The position numbers and the translations under genes were made by a program. From the NCBI GenBank assembly GCA_019057375.1, contig DXJF01000113.1:1-52869 (forward strand): 52,869 nt of DNA. Reading direction: 5' to 3'. Positions 9,409 through 19,516 of the stretch are shown piece by piece. Under the pieces are notes generated by a model. That model had not been told where the DNA came from, did not search any database, and saw only the letters and a program-made list of their open reading frames with translations. This stretch comes from Candidatus Heimdallarchaeota archaeon (lineage in GTDB: Archaea; Asgardarchaeota; Heimdallarchaeia; Heimdallarchaeales; Heimdallarchaeaceae). Every line of letters begins with the position of its first letter. Positions within the stretch are counted from its first letter, which is position 1.

Positions 9409-11090
9409 AGTGTCTTATTTCGAACTATTTTTCTTCGCAATGATTCCAATATTACAATTGTTAAGATAGAAGCCATATAAGGAAAGGGAGTCTTTAAGGG
9501 ATATTCTTCAGGTGGTAAAACTACTGGATCCTTTAGGGGATAAAAATCATAGCTACCTGCTGTACCGTCGATTGAATACTTTCCTTTCAAGCCTTTGTCT
9601 GACCAATAATTACCAACAAGTGTATCAGGATGATACCAATAATTTTTTGTCCCTTGATCCTGAGCTTGACTATTTCCATTGGAAGGAATCTTATTGTTAA
9701 CGAAACTATTATGGTGAATAATGCAATCTCTAGTTCCAGCATTCAAAACAATGGCATAACCACCATTCTCTAGAAACAAATTGTAGCTGATAATTACTTT
9801 TTGTCCTACTTTAACTAATATCCCTCCTTCAACATCATTGTAACTAATTGTATTGTTGAAAATTCTACATTCCGAAACATCAGTAAGTTGAATTCCAACA
9901 CGATTATAATTACACTGGTTATTGATGTAGGTTGTATTATCTCCATCATCTCGAATTCCACTTCCCCATTGATTATTTGAGCAATTATTATTTTGAATTA
10001 GTGTGTTGGTTGAATCAGAGTTTATTATTCCAGCCATACTAGAAGAATTGAAACATTGATTATCTCTAATTTCAGAATTATCACACCTTTCCAGCAGAAT
10101 TCCAAAATGGTTCTCATTGCATAAATTATATTCAATCAAAATATTGCTGGAATCACTAATTTTCATCCCACAAAATCCCTCTTTGATTTCGTTATTTGAA
10201 AAAATGCAGTTGATACAGAAAAAACTATAAATCCCATAAAATGCTTTTCTGAAATTCTGATTCTTAATTGTCACATTATTACAATTGAATAGAATAACTT
10301 GTGAATATGTTGAACTAGATACAATTGTGTTATTTATGTTTGCGAAATACCCTATTTCTAATCCGTTCATAGTATTGTTATCTAATGTTAGTGTTTGTAA
10401 TCGCTCATAACTTGACTCAACTTCAATACCACCCTTATCAAACTCATTGCTGGAAACTGTGCAGTTTGTTGATTCTCTTAGGGTAATTCCTGAAAAGCTT
10501 GTACCTAAATATTCAATTCCCATTCTCCCATTAACAGTATTTTCGGATATAATTACATTATTTGAATAACTAATGTCTATTCCTCTAAAATTAGATTCTA
10601 TGTCATTCTTTGTAATAACTATATTTTCACAGTTGGTTATCTGAATTCCTGTTAGCATTTCAATAGGATAAAATGTGTCAAATTGAGCAATGAGATTATT
10701 CGTAATATTAATTTGAATATCGGGAAGATTCTGGATTACCACACCATAAATTGATACAATTCTACAATGTTCAATCGTAAAATGCTTTGACACATTGGTT
10801 ATATATATTGCATAAGTTACTCCTTGACCAGTTATTACATAGTCTTTTATGATGTAGGGACTTTCTTTAGTGCCTGTACCTTCTGACGAAAAACTAACTA
10901 AATCTTCGTTGGAAGTAATTATAATTTCTAGGACTGGTATATAGTCAAAGGTAAAATCTGCAATTTTTTGATTTCTTAGAAGACCTACATCAGATGTGAT
11001 TTCAGGTGAAATAGAAGAAAAAACGTTTATCACAAAACCATGTAGTAGTAATATAGTACAAATACATAGTAAATACTTTGAAGGCTTCAT
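9405..11090 (-). CDS. Secreted parallel beta-helix (NosD-like) repeat protein with C-terminal membrane anchor
   Basis: N-terminal signal-like segment, many Asn-rich I.NN.I..N...GI.L repeats, GNYWSD motif, C-terminal TPFP + hydrophobic helix + RRK. Confidence 0.85.
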   Translation of the reverse strand: MKPSKYLLCICTILLLHGFVINVFSSISPEITSDVGLLRNQKIADFTFDYIPVLEIIITSNEDLVSFSSEGTGTKESPYIIKDYVITGQGVTYAIYITNVSKHFTIEHCRIVSIYGVVIQNLPDIQINITNNLIAQFDTFYPIEMLTGIQITNCENIVITKNDIESNFRGIDISYSNNVIISENTVNGRMGIEYLGTSFSGITLRESTNCTVSSNEFDKGGIEVESSYERLQTLTLDNNTMNGLEIGYFANINNTIVSSSTYSQVILFNCNNVTIKNQNFRKAFYGIYSFFCINCIFSNNEIKEGFCGMKISDSSNILIEYNLCNENHFGILLERCDNSEIRDNQCFNSSSMAGIINSDSTNTLIQNNNCSNNQWGSGIRDDGDNTTYINNQCNYNRVGIQLTDVSECRIFNNTISYNDVEGGILVKVGQKVIISYNLFLENGGYAIVLNAGTRDCIIHHNSFVNNKIPSNGNSQAQDQGTKNYWYHPDTLVGNYWSDKGLKGKYSIDGTAGSYDFYPLKDPVVLPPEEYPLKTPFPYMASILTIVILESLRRKIVRNKTL

Positions 11091-11214
11091 CTTAACTCAA
11101 ATCACATTACTGATTCAGAATTTTTGTTGATGGTTTAGCTTGCATCCTTATTAATTTAGCTCTATTTTGTAAATCACAAATATATATTAACTTCAAGAAA
11201 CTAGTTTTGAATGA

Positions 11215-12654
11215 GTGATTTTCTTGAAAGAGTATGATTTAATTGTTATTGGGACTGGTTCTGCGATGAATCTTGTTGAACCATTTTTACGTCAAAATCA
11301 TCATGCAAAGGTTGCAGTGATTGATAAAGATGAACCGGGAGGTATATGTTTAACTCGAGGTTGTATACCAAGCAAGCTGATACTTTATCCTGCAGAACTT
11401 GTTCGACAGATAGAGAAAGCTAAACACTTGAACATTGATGTTGAAATAAAAAATGTTGATTTTACTGGAATTATGAAAAGAATGAGGACTATTATTAACC
11501 ATGACATTGATCAAATAAGAAAGGGACTTTCTTCAGCTCAAGAATTGGATTATTATCCAGAAGTTGCTGAATTTATAGACGACTACACTCTCAAAGTTGG
11601 AGATGAAGTTATTAAATCCAATCTTATTTTTCTCTGTACAGGATCAACCCCACATATTCCACAAATTAAGAATCTTGAGAATATAGAATATCATACAAGT
11701 AGAACCATTCTGCAATTGGAAGAAAAACCTGAGAGTTTAATAATTGTTGGAGGAGGATATATTGCTGCTGAATATGGGCATTTCTTTTCTGCAATGGGAA
11801 CAAGAGTCACTATCCTTGGACGAAATCCTCAATTTCTCCCTCAAGAAGAACCAGAAGTTGGGAAATTAGCTGAAAAAGAACTCTCAACACATATGGAAAT
11901 TCATACAAATCATGAAGTTATAGAAGTCAATCAATCTACAGATGGAAGGGTAACTGTAGTTGCTAGAAACATCTCAAGTGATGAAAAGAAAACTATTATT
12001 GCTGATGATATTCTAATTTCAGCAGGTCGCAAATCGTTATCAGATATCCTAAAACCTGAAAAAAGTGGAATTGAGATTGATGAGAAAGGTTGGATTAAAG
12101 TAGATAATCACCTAGAAACATCTAAGCCGGGCATATGGGCTTTTGGAGATGCAAATGGAAAATATCTTTTCAAGCATGCAGCAAACTATGAATCAAAAGT
12201 AGTTTTCTATAACGCTATCTTGAAAAGAAAAATGGAAATTGATTATCATGCAATCCCAAGTGCAGTTTTTACTTATCCTGAAGTTGCTTCTGTAGGATTG
12301 AGAGAAGAAGAAGCTATTGAATTTCTAGGGAAAGATAAGATTCTGATAGGTTTACAAAGATATCAAGATACAGCTAAGGGAGAGGCTATGGCTGCTGAAG
12401 ATTATTTCGTGAAAGTTCTAGTAGAATTTGATACAGAAAGAATTCTTGGTGCTCACATTATCGGTCCTTATGCTTCAATTTTGATTCAGGAAATTATTAA
12501 TTTAATGTATACTCCCAATCAATCTTTGATACCAATTACAGAAGGCATGCATATTCATCCTGCTTTGAATGAAGTTGTAGAAAGAGCATTTTATTCTCTC
12601 ATGCCAGTGGATAATTACCATGAATATCTAAAACACTATGGATTAGAAGAATAA
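11215..12654 (+). CDS. Class I pyridine nucleotide-disulphide oxidoreductase (dihydrolipoamide dehydrogenase/mycothione reductase-like)
   Basis: Redox disulphide GGICLTRGCIPSK, IVGGGYIAAE NAD site, AFGD, C-terminal HIHPALNE. Confidence 0.85.
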   Translation: MIFLKEYDLIVIGTGSAMNLVEPFLRQNHHAKVAVIDKDEPGGICLTRGCIPSKLILYPAELVRQIEKAKHLNIDVEIKNVDFTGIMKRMRTIINHDIDQIRKGLSSAQELDYYPEVAEFIDDYTLKVGDEVIKSNLIFLCTGSTPHIPQIKNLENIEYHTSRTILQLEEKPESLIIVGGGYIAAEYGHFFSAMGTRVTILGRNPQFLPQEEPEVGKLAEKELSTHMEIHTNHEVIEVNQSTDGRVTVVARNISSDEKKTIIADDILISAGRKSLSDILKPEKSGIEIDEKGWIKVDNHLETSKPGIWAFGDANGKYLFKHAANYESKVVFYNAILKRKMEIDYHAIPSAVFTYPEVASVGLREEEAIEFLGKDKILIGLQRYQDTAKGEAMAAEDYFVKVLVEFDTERILGAHIIGPYASILIQEIINLMYTPNQSLIPITEGMHIHPALNEVVERAFYSLMPVDNYHEYLKHYGLEE

Positions 12655-12667
12655 CTACAATTCTAAA

Positions 12668-14086
12668 TCACATATTTTTCTTAATATATGAAATGCAATC
12701 TTCTCTCTTATTTTTAATTTCTCCTTTCATTATTGCCTCAACAAGTTTTGATTTGATAGAACCTATTTTCTCACCTTTAACGTTGAAAATCTTTCTTATT
12801 TCATGACCATTTAGTTCAGGTTCAAAGAATATCAAGTCCTTTCTATCCCTCAACATAGTAATACGATCTAAGAGAGAATCAAGATCTAAACTCTCGGTTC
12901 TAGTAGATAATTCTGCTTGAGTTAGTAATATAGTGTTATCTATCAAATCATTTTGTTCTCTTAACATCTTTCTAATTTCAAAGTCTTGTGGAGGATTTTC
13001 TATTAGATCCATCAGAGAATTACGAAAACTAATGTAAGCTACTATTTCTGTTCTTTCTCTGTTCGAAAATTTATACTTTTGAAGGATTTCATTTGCATCC
13101 TGAACTAGATCTCTGTCTTCCATTTCTGAAGATTTTTCAGATGCAATTTCTACTAAAATCATAGCGATGAAGAGATTAACATTTGCTGAACCTTTGATCT
13201 CTAGAAATCTTATTTTCTCTTCAAGTTTCGTCCATGTATCTTTTGTACTAAAAATTTGAGAGCTCAATTTAATATTTTTCACTTCAGGAAACAAAACTTC
13301 TAGTATCTTTAAGTCCCTAATCAGTCTATAAGCTCTACTTGGAGCATAACTGAAGGACAATTTTAGTTCTTGGAGGATTCTTTCTTTAGGAACGTCCAAC
13401 AAATTTGTTGCATTTTTCCTTATTCCTTTTTTGATTTCAGAACTAAGTGTAAAACCAAGCTTGCATGCAATTCTTATTGCTCTAAAAATTCTCAGATAGT
13501 CTTCATGAAAAACAATATCAGGTTCTCGAGTTGTTTGTATAAGTTGATTTTGTAAATCAGCTGTTCCATCAAAAAGATCTATATAAAAATCTTCAAACAT
13601 TATTAGAGCATTTATAGTGAAATCTCTTCTCTGCAAATCTTCTACAATAGATGCTTTTTCTACTATAGGCACTCGGGAAGGATACTCATACCTTTCTTTC
13701 CTAGTTGAGTTGAATTCAAATACTACTTCATCGGAAAATCTAACTTGTGTTGTGAGGGTTCTATTACTCATCTTACCAATTTTTGCTCCCATAGTCTCCG
13801 CGATTGTTAGAGTTAATTTATGGAAATCACCTCTGAAAACTAGGAAATCAACATCTTCAGATTGTCTTTCAAGAAGCAAATCTCTTACAAAACCACCAAC
13901 TATACCTATAGAGCAGTTCAATTTTCTAGATATTTCTTGAATGGTTTCTATCTTTGATTTAATTTTTTGACTGATGTTTGTTCTTACTTTTTGGTTTATT
14001 TGGTGAGATTCAAAATTAGTTCCTGATTCAATAAGTTCTTTCCTGCAAATTTCAAAATCAGTATCTTTCTTCATCTCTATCAGCAA
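12668..14086 (-). CDS. cca: Class II tRNA nucleotidyltransferase (CCA-adding enzyme)
   Basis: Class II motifs VGGFVRD...DVD, RRDFTINA, EDYLR, ERILQEL; loop RKERYEYPSRVP present; no HD motif. Confidence 0.88.
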   Translation of the reverse strand: MLIEMKKDTDFEICRKELIESGTNFESHQINQKVRTNISQKIKSKIETIQEISRKLNCSIGIVGGFVRDLLLERQSEDVDFLVFRGDFHKLTLTIAETMGAKIGKMSNRTLTTQVRFSDEVVFEFNSTRKERYEYPSRVPIVEKASIVEDLQRRDFTINALIMFEDFYIDLFDGTADLQNQLIQTTREPDIVFHEDYLRIFRAIRIACKLGFTLSSEIKKGIRKNATNLLDVPKERILQELKLSFSYAPSRAYRLIRDLKILEVLFPEVKNIKLSSQIFSTKDTWTKLEEKIRFLEIKGSANVNLFIAMILVEIASEKSSEMEDRDLVQDANEILQKYKFSNRERTEIVAYISFRNSLMDLIENPPQDFEIRKMLREQNDLIDNTILLTQAELSTRTESLDLDSLLDRITMLRDRKDLIFFEPELNGHEIRKIFNVKGEKIGSIKSKLVEAIMKGEIKNKREDCISYIKKNM

Positions 14087-14198
14087 TTAATCATTACATC
14101 CAAGGAATATAAGAATTGTTTTTCAATTGATTTCTATAGGTTTTTAAGACTGTAAGTATAAATTATTCTTGATTGAAGAATAAAGAGTAGGGGACCGA

Positions 14199-15065
14199 AT
14201 GACATTTGAATCTTTCATATCAGGATTTGAAAATGTTCTATTTTATCTAGCTATAGGTCTATTAATTGCAGGAGGAATCTTTGTTTTTCTATCATTTGTA
14301 TTTAATTTTCAGAGCTTAATGCATGCTTTGGGAACAGGGGATCATGATATATCGGCAGATCATGACATCTCGGTAGACCATGATGTATCCATTGATCACG
14401 ATGTGTCAGTCGACCATGATATTTCAATCGATCACGATGTGTCAGTCGACCATGATATTTCAATCGATCAAGATGTATCTATTGACCATGATGTTTCAGC
14501 AGATCATGATATTTCGGTAGACCACGATATATCTATTGACCATGATGTTTCAGCAGATCATGATATCACATTACACAAAGATTTTACTTTGGATCATGAT
14601 GTAGATTCAGATCTCTCTGCAGTTCATGCAGATGGGATAAAGGATATTACACACTCATCTGCGCCAATTTTTCTTATTTTATCTACTTATTCAGTAATGT
14701 TTGGTATACTAGGTTTATCAACATTGAAAATACCTTCTTCAAGTATAGGCTTACGTATTTTCCGCATTGTAATAATTGTTATTTCCCCCTATCTACTTGC
14801 TTTAGTGATAACACATGTTTGGAGAAGAATTTCAGCAACAACAGTTAAACCAATAGTCAGGGGAGTCCAACTAATTGGAAAAGTAGGAAAAGTTTTTGTT
14901 GCAGTTGATTCAAAAGGTGGAATGATTCACGTAGATTTAGGGGAAGGTTTGGGTGTACAAAAATTACCTGCTAAAAGTTTTGATTTCTATAAAAGATATG
15001 AGAGAGAAGAGACTGTAAGAATAGTAGCAGTAAAGAAGGGTGTTTATTTGGTAGATAACAACTGA
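14199..15065 (+). CDS. NfeD-like (YqiJ/YuaF-type) membrane protein with His/Asp repeat insert
   Basis: Three TM segments, C-terminal OB-like region (LIGKVGKV...GMIHV...VRIV), directly upstream of a flotillin gene. Confidence 0.8.
   Translation: MTFESFISGFENVLFYLAIGLLIAGGIFVFLSFVFNFQSLMHALGTGDHDISADHDISVDHDVSIDHDVSVDHDISIDHDVSVDHDISIDQDVSIDHDVSADHDISVDHDISIDHDVSADHDITLHKDFTLDHDVDSDLSAVHADGIKDITHSSAPIFLILSTYSVMFGILGLSTLKIPSSSIGLRIFRIVIIVISPYLLALVITHVWRRISATTVKPIVRGVQLIGKVGKVFVAVDSKGGMIHVDLGEGLGVQKLPAKSFDFYKRYEREETVRIVAVKKGVYLVDNN
14340..14609 (+). repeat. Coding 18-bp/6-aa tandem repeat DHD[IV]S[AVI], 13 near-perfect plus 2 degenerate units
   Basis: Read directly; includes an exact 36-bp duplication GATCACGATGTGTCAGTCGACCATGATATTTCAATC (units 4-5 and 6-7). 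Confidence 0.95.
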
Positions 15066-15190
15066 AATCCGCTCTTTTTTTGTTTTTGAGATAGTTTTTT
15101 AGTGCAAAACTACAAAAATCTTCATTTAGATAGATTAAAAAGCATCCATGTTAGTATTTTAAACACCTAAGAAATGAGGGTCAGAATGAA

Positions 15191-16330
15191 ATGATATGGT
15201 GGATATGGATACCAGTAGGATTAGCAGTAGTTTTTGTACTATTCGTATTATTTTATGCATCTCGTTATAGGAAATTTACTTCAGATGTTTACATGATACA
15301 TTTCAGAAACGGTAAAGTCATCAAAGCTGGAATTGGAGGGAAAGCTGTAATAATGCCTTTGATAGATGAGGTTCGTGTGGTACCAGTTACAACACAATCA
15401 ACCTTTTTAGAAGCTAAAGAAAAAGTATTGTCTAGAGAATTCCAAGAGATTTCAGTTACCGCCTTTGTCTTCTGGCGAGTAATTGATCCAGAGGTAGCTT
15501 TCTCAAGAACTTCTTGGGATAAAGCCTCTGATGCCTATATTGAAAACATCATTAAAAATGCAGCAGAAAGTATTATTCGAACAACATGTGCGAACATGGC
15601 TCTTGAAAAAATCATTCGAGACAGACAAGCAATTATTGAAGCAGTAACTAAGGAATTATATTCCTTAACCAAAGATTGGGGTATGCTTGTAGAAAGCTGT
15701 GAAATCAGAGATATTGAAATCATTGATCCAAGTCTTAAAGCAAATGTGAGTGCAATAATGAAGATTGAGCAAGAAAAACTCGCACGATTAAAAAACGCCG
15801 AAATGGAAGAAATTACTAAAATTAGAGATTTAGAAGTTAGTAGAAAAGTAGGTGTTGAACAGCAAGAAGTCGGTTTAGAAGTTGAATCTAAAGAAAAGGA
15901 TAAGGAAATAGCAGTTCAAGAATTAGAAAGGAAACGAACAGAAGTTGAAGCAAGAACCTATCAAACAAAAATAGAAATTGAAGCCAAAGCTGATGCTCAA
16001 AAAATCAAACAATTAGCTGAAGCTAAACAATTTGAAATGGAATCTAGAGCAAGGGGTGATGCTGCTGCCATTAGAGAAGCTAAAATGGCTGAAGCAGAAG
16101 GTATTCTTAAGAGAATAGAAGCTCTAGCCAAAGCTGATAGTCGTTTATTCCAAGAAATGATAATAGAAAAACTGCCAGAAATTTATCAGAATTTGGAAAT
16201 AGACAAAATGATAATAACAGGAAACAAGGAAGATGCTTTTTCTTCAATAGCCAATGCGATACTACCATTCTTACAGATTGTACCTGAATTAGCTAAAAAA
16301 TCTGAACTTCCTATAGAGAAGAAAAAATAA
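15191..16330 (+). CDS. SPFH/flotillin family protein
   Basis: N-terminal TM, SPFH core (VFWRV, IIRTTCANMALEKIIRDR, WGMLVESCEIRDI), AEA-rich flotillin coiled coil. Confidence 0.9.
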   Translation: MIWWIWIPVGLAVVFVLFVLFYASRYRKFTSDVYMIHFRNGKVIKAGIGGKAVIMPLIDEVRVVPVTTQSTFLEAKEKVLSREFQEISVTAFVFWRVIDPEVAFSRTSWDKASDAYIENIIKNAAESIIRTTCANMALEKIIRDRQAIIEAVTKELYSLTKDWGMLVESCEIRDIEIIDPSLKANVSAIMKIEQEKLARLKNAEMEEITKIRDLEVSRKVGVEQQEVGLEVESKEKDKEIAVQELERKRTEVEARTYQTKIEIEAKADAQKIKQLAEAKQFEMESRARGDAAAIREAKMAEAEGILKRIEALAKADSRLFQEMIIEKLPEIYQNLEIDKMIITGNKEDAFSSIANAILPFLQIVPELAKKSELPIEKKK

Positions 16331-16344
16331 TACTTCTCTTTTTT

Positions 16345-17346
16345 TTACGTTTTCCGCATTAATACAAAACTATTATCCAATCCGATATATTTTTCTCTTG
16401 ATATCCCATGATGTTTTAGATTTGCCATATGAGAATCTTTTTCCAAATTGAAGAAATAAGATCCATAAATACTTAATATCCAATCTAAAGCAAAGGAAAG
16501 TTCAGGAATCATTTGGAAAGCGAAATATCCATCAGGTTGAAGTACATCTTGTAAAGTTTGAATATATTCTTTCAAGTCATTCTGGAATACGAATTTTGAT
16601 CCGAGATAAAGATCTATTGAATCCTTAATTTCAGAAAGTTGAAGCTCTTCTCTTTCAACAAATTGGACATTATAGATTTCATATAAGTCTTGTAGTACAT
16701 TGCATCTGTAAAGCGAATTAGTAGGTTCCACACTAAGAATGCTAACTTTTTCTCCGAAGAAATCTGCAAAATGTAGCGAATTATAACCAGAACCATTCCC
16801 CCAAATCAAAACTTGTATTGTTTCCTTGATGTCAAATAAAGGCATTCGAAGCTTAAGACTTTTGAAAAATAAATCCCTTATTAAAAAGAAGAATTCTGTA
16901 CTATGCAAGGAATCTAAAGTTTGTATAAGATCCTTTTCGGGGAGTTTGCCTTGTTCGCCTTTTAATATTGCTTTGTATTTTTGAATCGAATTATCAAAGA
17001 AATTGATGAATGGAGAAAGAAGTCCGTTATTTAGTGCTTTAATATCATCTTTGAAAGTTAATTCCAAATATTCTCTTCTTGGACTGTCACCATAGAATTC
17101 ACCTTGTTTAGTTAATAATTTTTGATTAGCTAGTAAATCAAAAATCTTAACAAATTCTTCATCCAATGAATTGAAATTTAACATGTGAAAGATTTCTTCT
17201 GGTGATCTAGGACGATTCAGAATTTCATAAACACCTATTTCCTTTAGCATATCAGAAGCTTTGAATGCGGACAATTTTAGCAGATTATTGATGTTTTTAG
17301 ATACTTCTTCTTCAGAAGATTCAAATGTAAGAGGGAATTTATTCAT
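16345..17346 (-). CDS. Putative class I SAM-dependent methyltransferase with N-terminal winged helix
   Basis: VLIWGNGSG motif I-like, VLQPDGYF motif, N-terminal RSPEEI...LLTK wHTH pattern; ATG at 17346 preferred. Confidence 0.55.
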   Translation of the reverse strand: MNKFPLTFESSEEEVSKNINNLLKLSAFKASDMLKEIGVYEILNRPRSPEEIFHMLNFNSLDEEFVKIFDLLANQKLLTKQGEFYGDSPRREYLELTFKDDIKALNNGLLSPFINFFDNSIQKYKAILKGEQGKLPEKDLIQTLDSLHSTEFFFLIRDLFFKSLKLRMPLFDIKETIQVLIWGNGSGYNSLHFADFFGEKVSILSVEPTNSLYRCNVLQDLYEIYNVQFVEREELQLSEIKDSIDLYLGSKFVFQNDLKEYIQTLQDVLQPDGYFAFQMIPELSFALDWILSIYGSYFFNLEKDSHMANLKHHGISREKYIGLDNSFVLMRKT

Positions 17347-17449
17347 CTGGGTCACCAATCTAACAATTCGATTGTTTATACTATTAAAGTGCAATAAGTA
17401 TTTTAATTTCTATCGTTACTCTCACTCGATATATTTAGACTTCTAAAAA

Positions 17450-18631
17450 TTATTTTCTTCTGTAAACGTCAACAAAACCTCTAGATTTTAAGAAAATGAT
17501 AAATTCTACTACTGAAGATATGGGTACAGATAAATCTTGACTTATTGAATAAATGGAAGTATTTCCTTTAAGAAGAGATAGATTTTCCAAAAAAAGTTGG
17601 AATTTCTGATCAAGTGTAATCGATCCTTTTTCTTGAAGATTTTTGGGTGATTCAGACAATTCAGGATAATCATCTTCAGAATTTATAATTAAATCCATAA
17701 TTTCTGTTACAATAAATTTCTTAGGTTGTTTTGAGATATTTTTATCTAGATATGAAACAGCTTCTAAAGTTGATTTTACTTTACTTTCTCCTGGAATATT
17801 GATGTAAGAGTTAAACAGAATTGTAAACCAATCATCCAGATAAGAGTAATTTATTTTGCTTTGAGGTTTTTTAGCTCCTACCATCAAAGCATCTTTCTTA
17901 AGATGTCTGTAAACTAGTAGCTCCAAACCTTTGTAATAAAGACTTATTAAATCCCCTTCCCTGAGATCAGCTTCATTCTTTTGAATATCAATAAATTTGA
18001 AAAGAGGTGAAAATTCGATTTTTTTACCATCTATCATCTTAGGGAAGAATCGTCCATCCATCGTTCCTTTATGATATGGAATAAACAAAAACCCATGGAA
18101 ATTATTTAATTCATTCCCTGTGACTTCAGACTTATCATTGATAACCAATCCTTTCATAGTGCTGCCATTCTTGGATAATGGAATTTTATAAGCGGCGGAT
18201 TTTTCAGCATCTATTAGCTGGGTTAAAGCATCATCAAATAATTGTGGTCTTCCCTGAGTTCTTTCAGAAAGGGATCTAGCATATTTAGCAAGCTTATCTA
18301 GATTTGCTGAAGGGACACAAACAAATAACAAAACAACTATTTGTTCAACTTCTTCTTGTATAGTGATATAACGGCCTATAACAACTCTTTCTTCCAGACT
18401 TGTAATAACATCTGCATTAGTTCTAGCAAAACCTGTGTATATTTCTGCAAGGGAGCTAACATCTTTCAATTTTTCACCAAAAATAGATCGGGACAATTCT
18501 TTGATATAACACACAGGACCAAAAATAATGTCAAACTGTACCATTGAAACAGTTTTGATTCCTAAATCTCGCAGAAATGGTACATGAAAGGGAGATATTT
18601 TCAATTCCTGGTACTTATCCGCGCCACTCAA
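17450..18631 (-). CDS. Hypothetical protein with N-terminal longin/uDENN-like domain and C-terminal winged helix
   Basis: VSMVQFDIIFGPVCY resembles the F/W-D-x-x-x-G-P hairpin of uDENN longins; C-terminus SIYSISQDLSVPISSVVEFIIFLKSRGFV is wHTH-like. ORF is solid; domain call by eye. Confidence 0.55.
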   Translation of the reverse strand: MSGADKYQELKISPFHVPFLRDLGIKTVSMVQFDIIFGPVCYIKELSRSIFGEKLKDVSSLAEIYTGFARTNADVITSLEERVVIGRYITIQEEVEQIVVLLFVCVPSANLDKLAKYARSLSERTQGRPQLFDDALTQLIDAEKSAAYKIPLSKNGSTMKGLVINDKSEVTGNELNNFHGFLFIPYHKGTMDGRFFPKMIDGKKIEFSPLFKFIDIQKNEADLREGDLISLYYKGLELLVYRHLKKDALMVGAKKPQSKINYSYLDDWFTILFNSYINIPGESKVKSTLEAVSYLDKNISKQPKKFIVTEIMDLIINSEDDYPELSESPKNLQEKGSITLDQKFQLFLENLSLLKGNTSIYSISQDLSVPISSVVEFIIFLKSRGFVDVYRRK

Positions 18632-18783
18632 TTAATCACCTTCTACCTATAATTTTTATGTTTAAAGAATCCCCTAATAATAGTTGCAAACCTATTTATC
18701 TTATAACTTTTCCATTTAATAAATTGATTGATAGTCCTATATGTGCTTATAGTATTTAAGAAGAAAAGTTGTAATTTTAAGTT

Positions 18784-19434
18784 TTACTCACTTATTCGTG
18801 ATCTTTCTTCTTCTAAAATAGGTAGAAGGTCATTTATGACACTAAAAGTGCATTTTTCAAGGTATTTGCTAGATGTTTCCCAAAAATTATCAAAAAGTGA
18901 TGATTGATACCCAAGAGATTCATAAGAAATAGCTTGAACTAGTAATTCAACCTTATCAATATATGAAACAAACATTGCTTCTTTCGATTCTTTATTTTGC
19001 AATTCAACGAATGATTCTTTCCACATTTTTTTGACTTCTTCATTTAAAATTAAAGAGAGAAGTTCAGTACTTGCGGTTGTTAATAACTGGCTTTTGAACT
19101 GCTGGTATTTATCTTGGCCAAGAAGAATTTCTATTTGTTTATCAAAATCTTGATACTGGCATTCAGGTAAATCATGAATTATAGCAATTCTCATCACAAC
19201 TTCTGTATTAAGAGTTTCTTCAGGATAAAGAGCGTTATGAAGATCACAAAGAAGTAATGATAGCATGGTTGTATTATAAGCATGATCAGCGATGCTTTCG
19301 ACATCTGAAAGAGAAATACCAACCCTAATCCATCCTTGTCTCGGTAATCTCTTCAGCTGAATAGCACTTTCTATGAATCCATATATCAACTGGTATAGCT
19401 CATCCAACATATTCGTCTCTGTCAAGTCAGTCAT
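18784..19434 (-). CDS. HD-domain 5'-deoxynucleotidase (YfbR/HDDC2 family)
   Basis: LKRLPRQGW, ESIADH, IIHDLPE, DKVELLVQA; ATG at 19434 avoids overlap with porB. Confidence 0.88.
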   Translation of the reverse strand: MTDLTETNMLDELYQLIYGFIESAIQLKRLPRQGWIRVGISLSDVESIADHAYNTTMLSLLLCDLHNALYPEETLNTEVVMRIAIIHDLPECQYQDFDKQIEILLGQDKYQQFKSQLLTTASTELLSLILNEEVKKMWKESFVELQNKESKEAMFVSYIDKVELLVQAISYESLGYQSSLFDNFWETSSKYLEKCTFSVINDLLPILEEERSRISE

Positions 19435-19516
19435 TAAAAAAAGTTGAATCAGAGTTATTAAAACAATCGATGGGGGTAATGGAGGAGTAAGAAAGAAAAG
19501 ATTCTGTCTTACATAA

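Noticed and set aside
14340-14609. Tandem repeats as a possible CRISPR array
   Set aside because: 18-bp units without unique spacers, in frame inside a CDS, with variation mostly at synonymous or conservative positions.
15092-15112. TAGTTTT-N7-AAAACTA inverted repeat between nfeD and flotillin
   Set aside because: Short and AT-rich; indistinguishable from chance or a simple terminator without comparative data.
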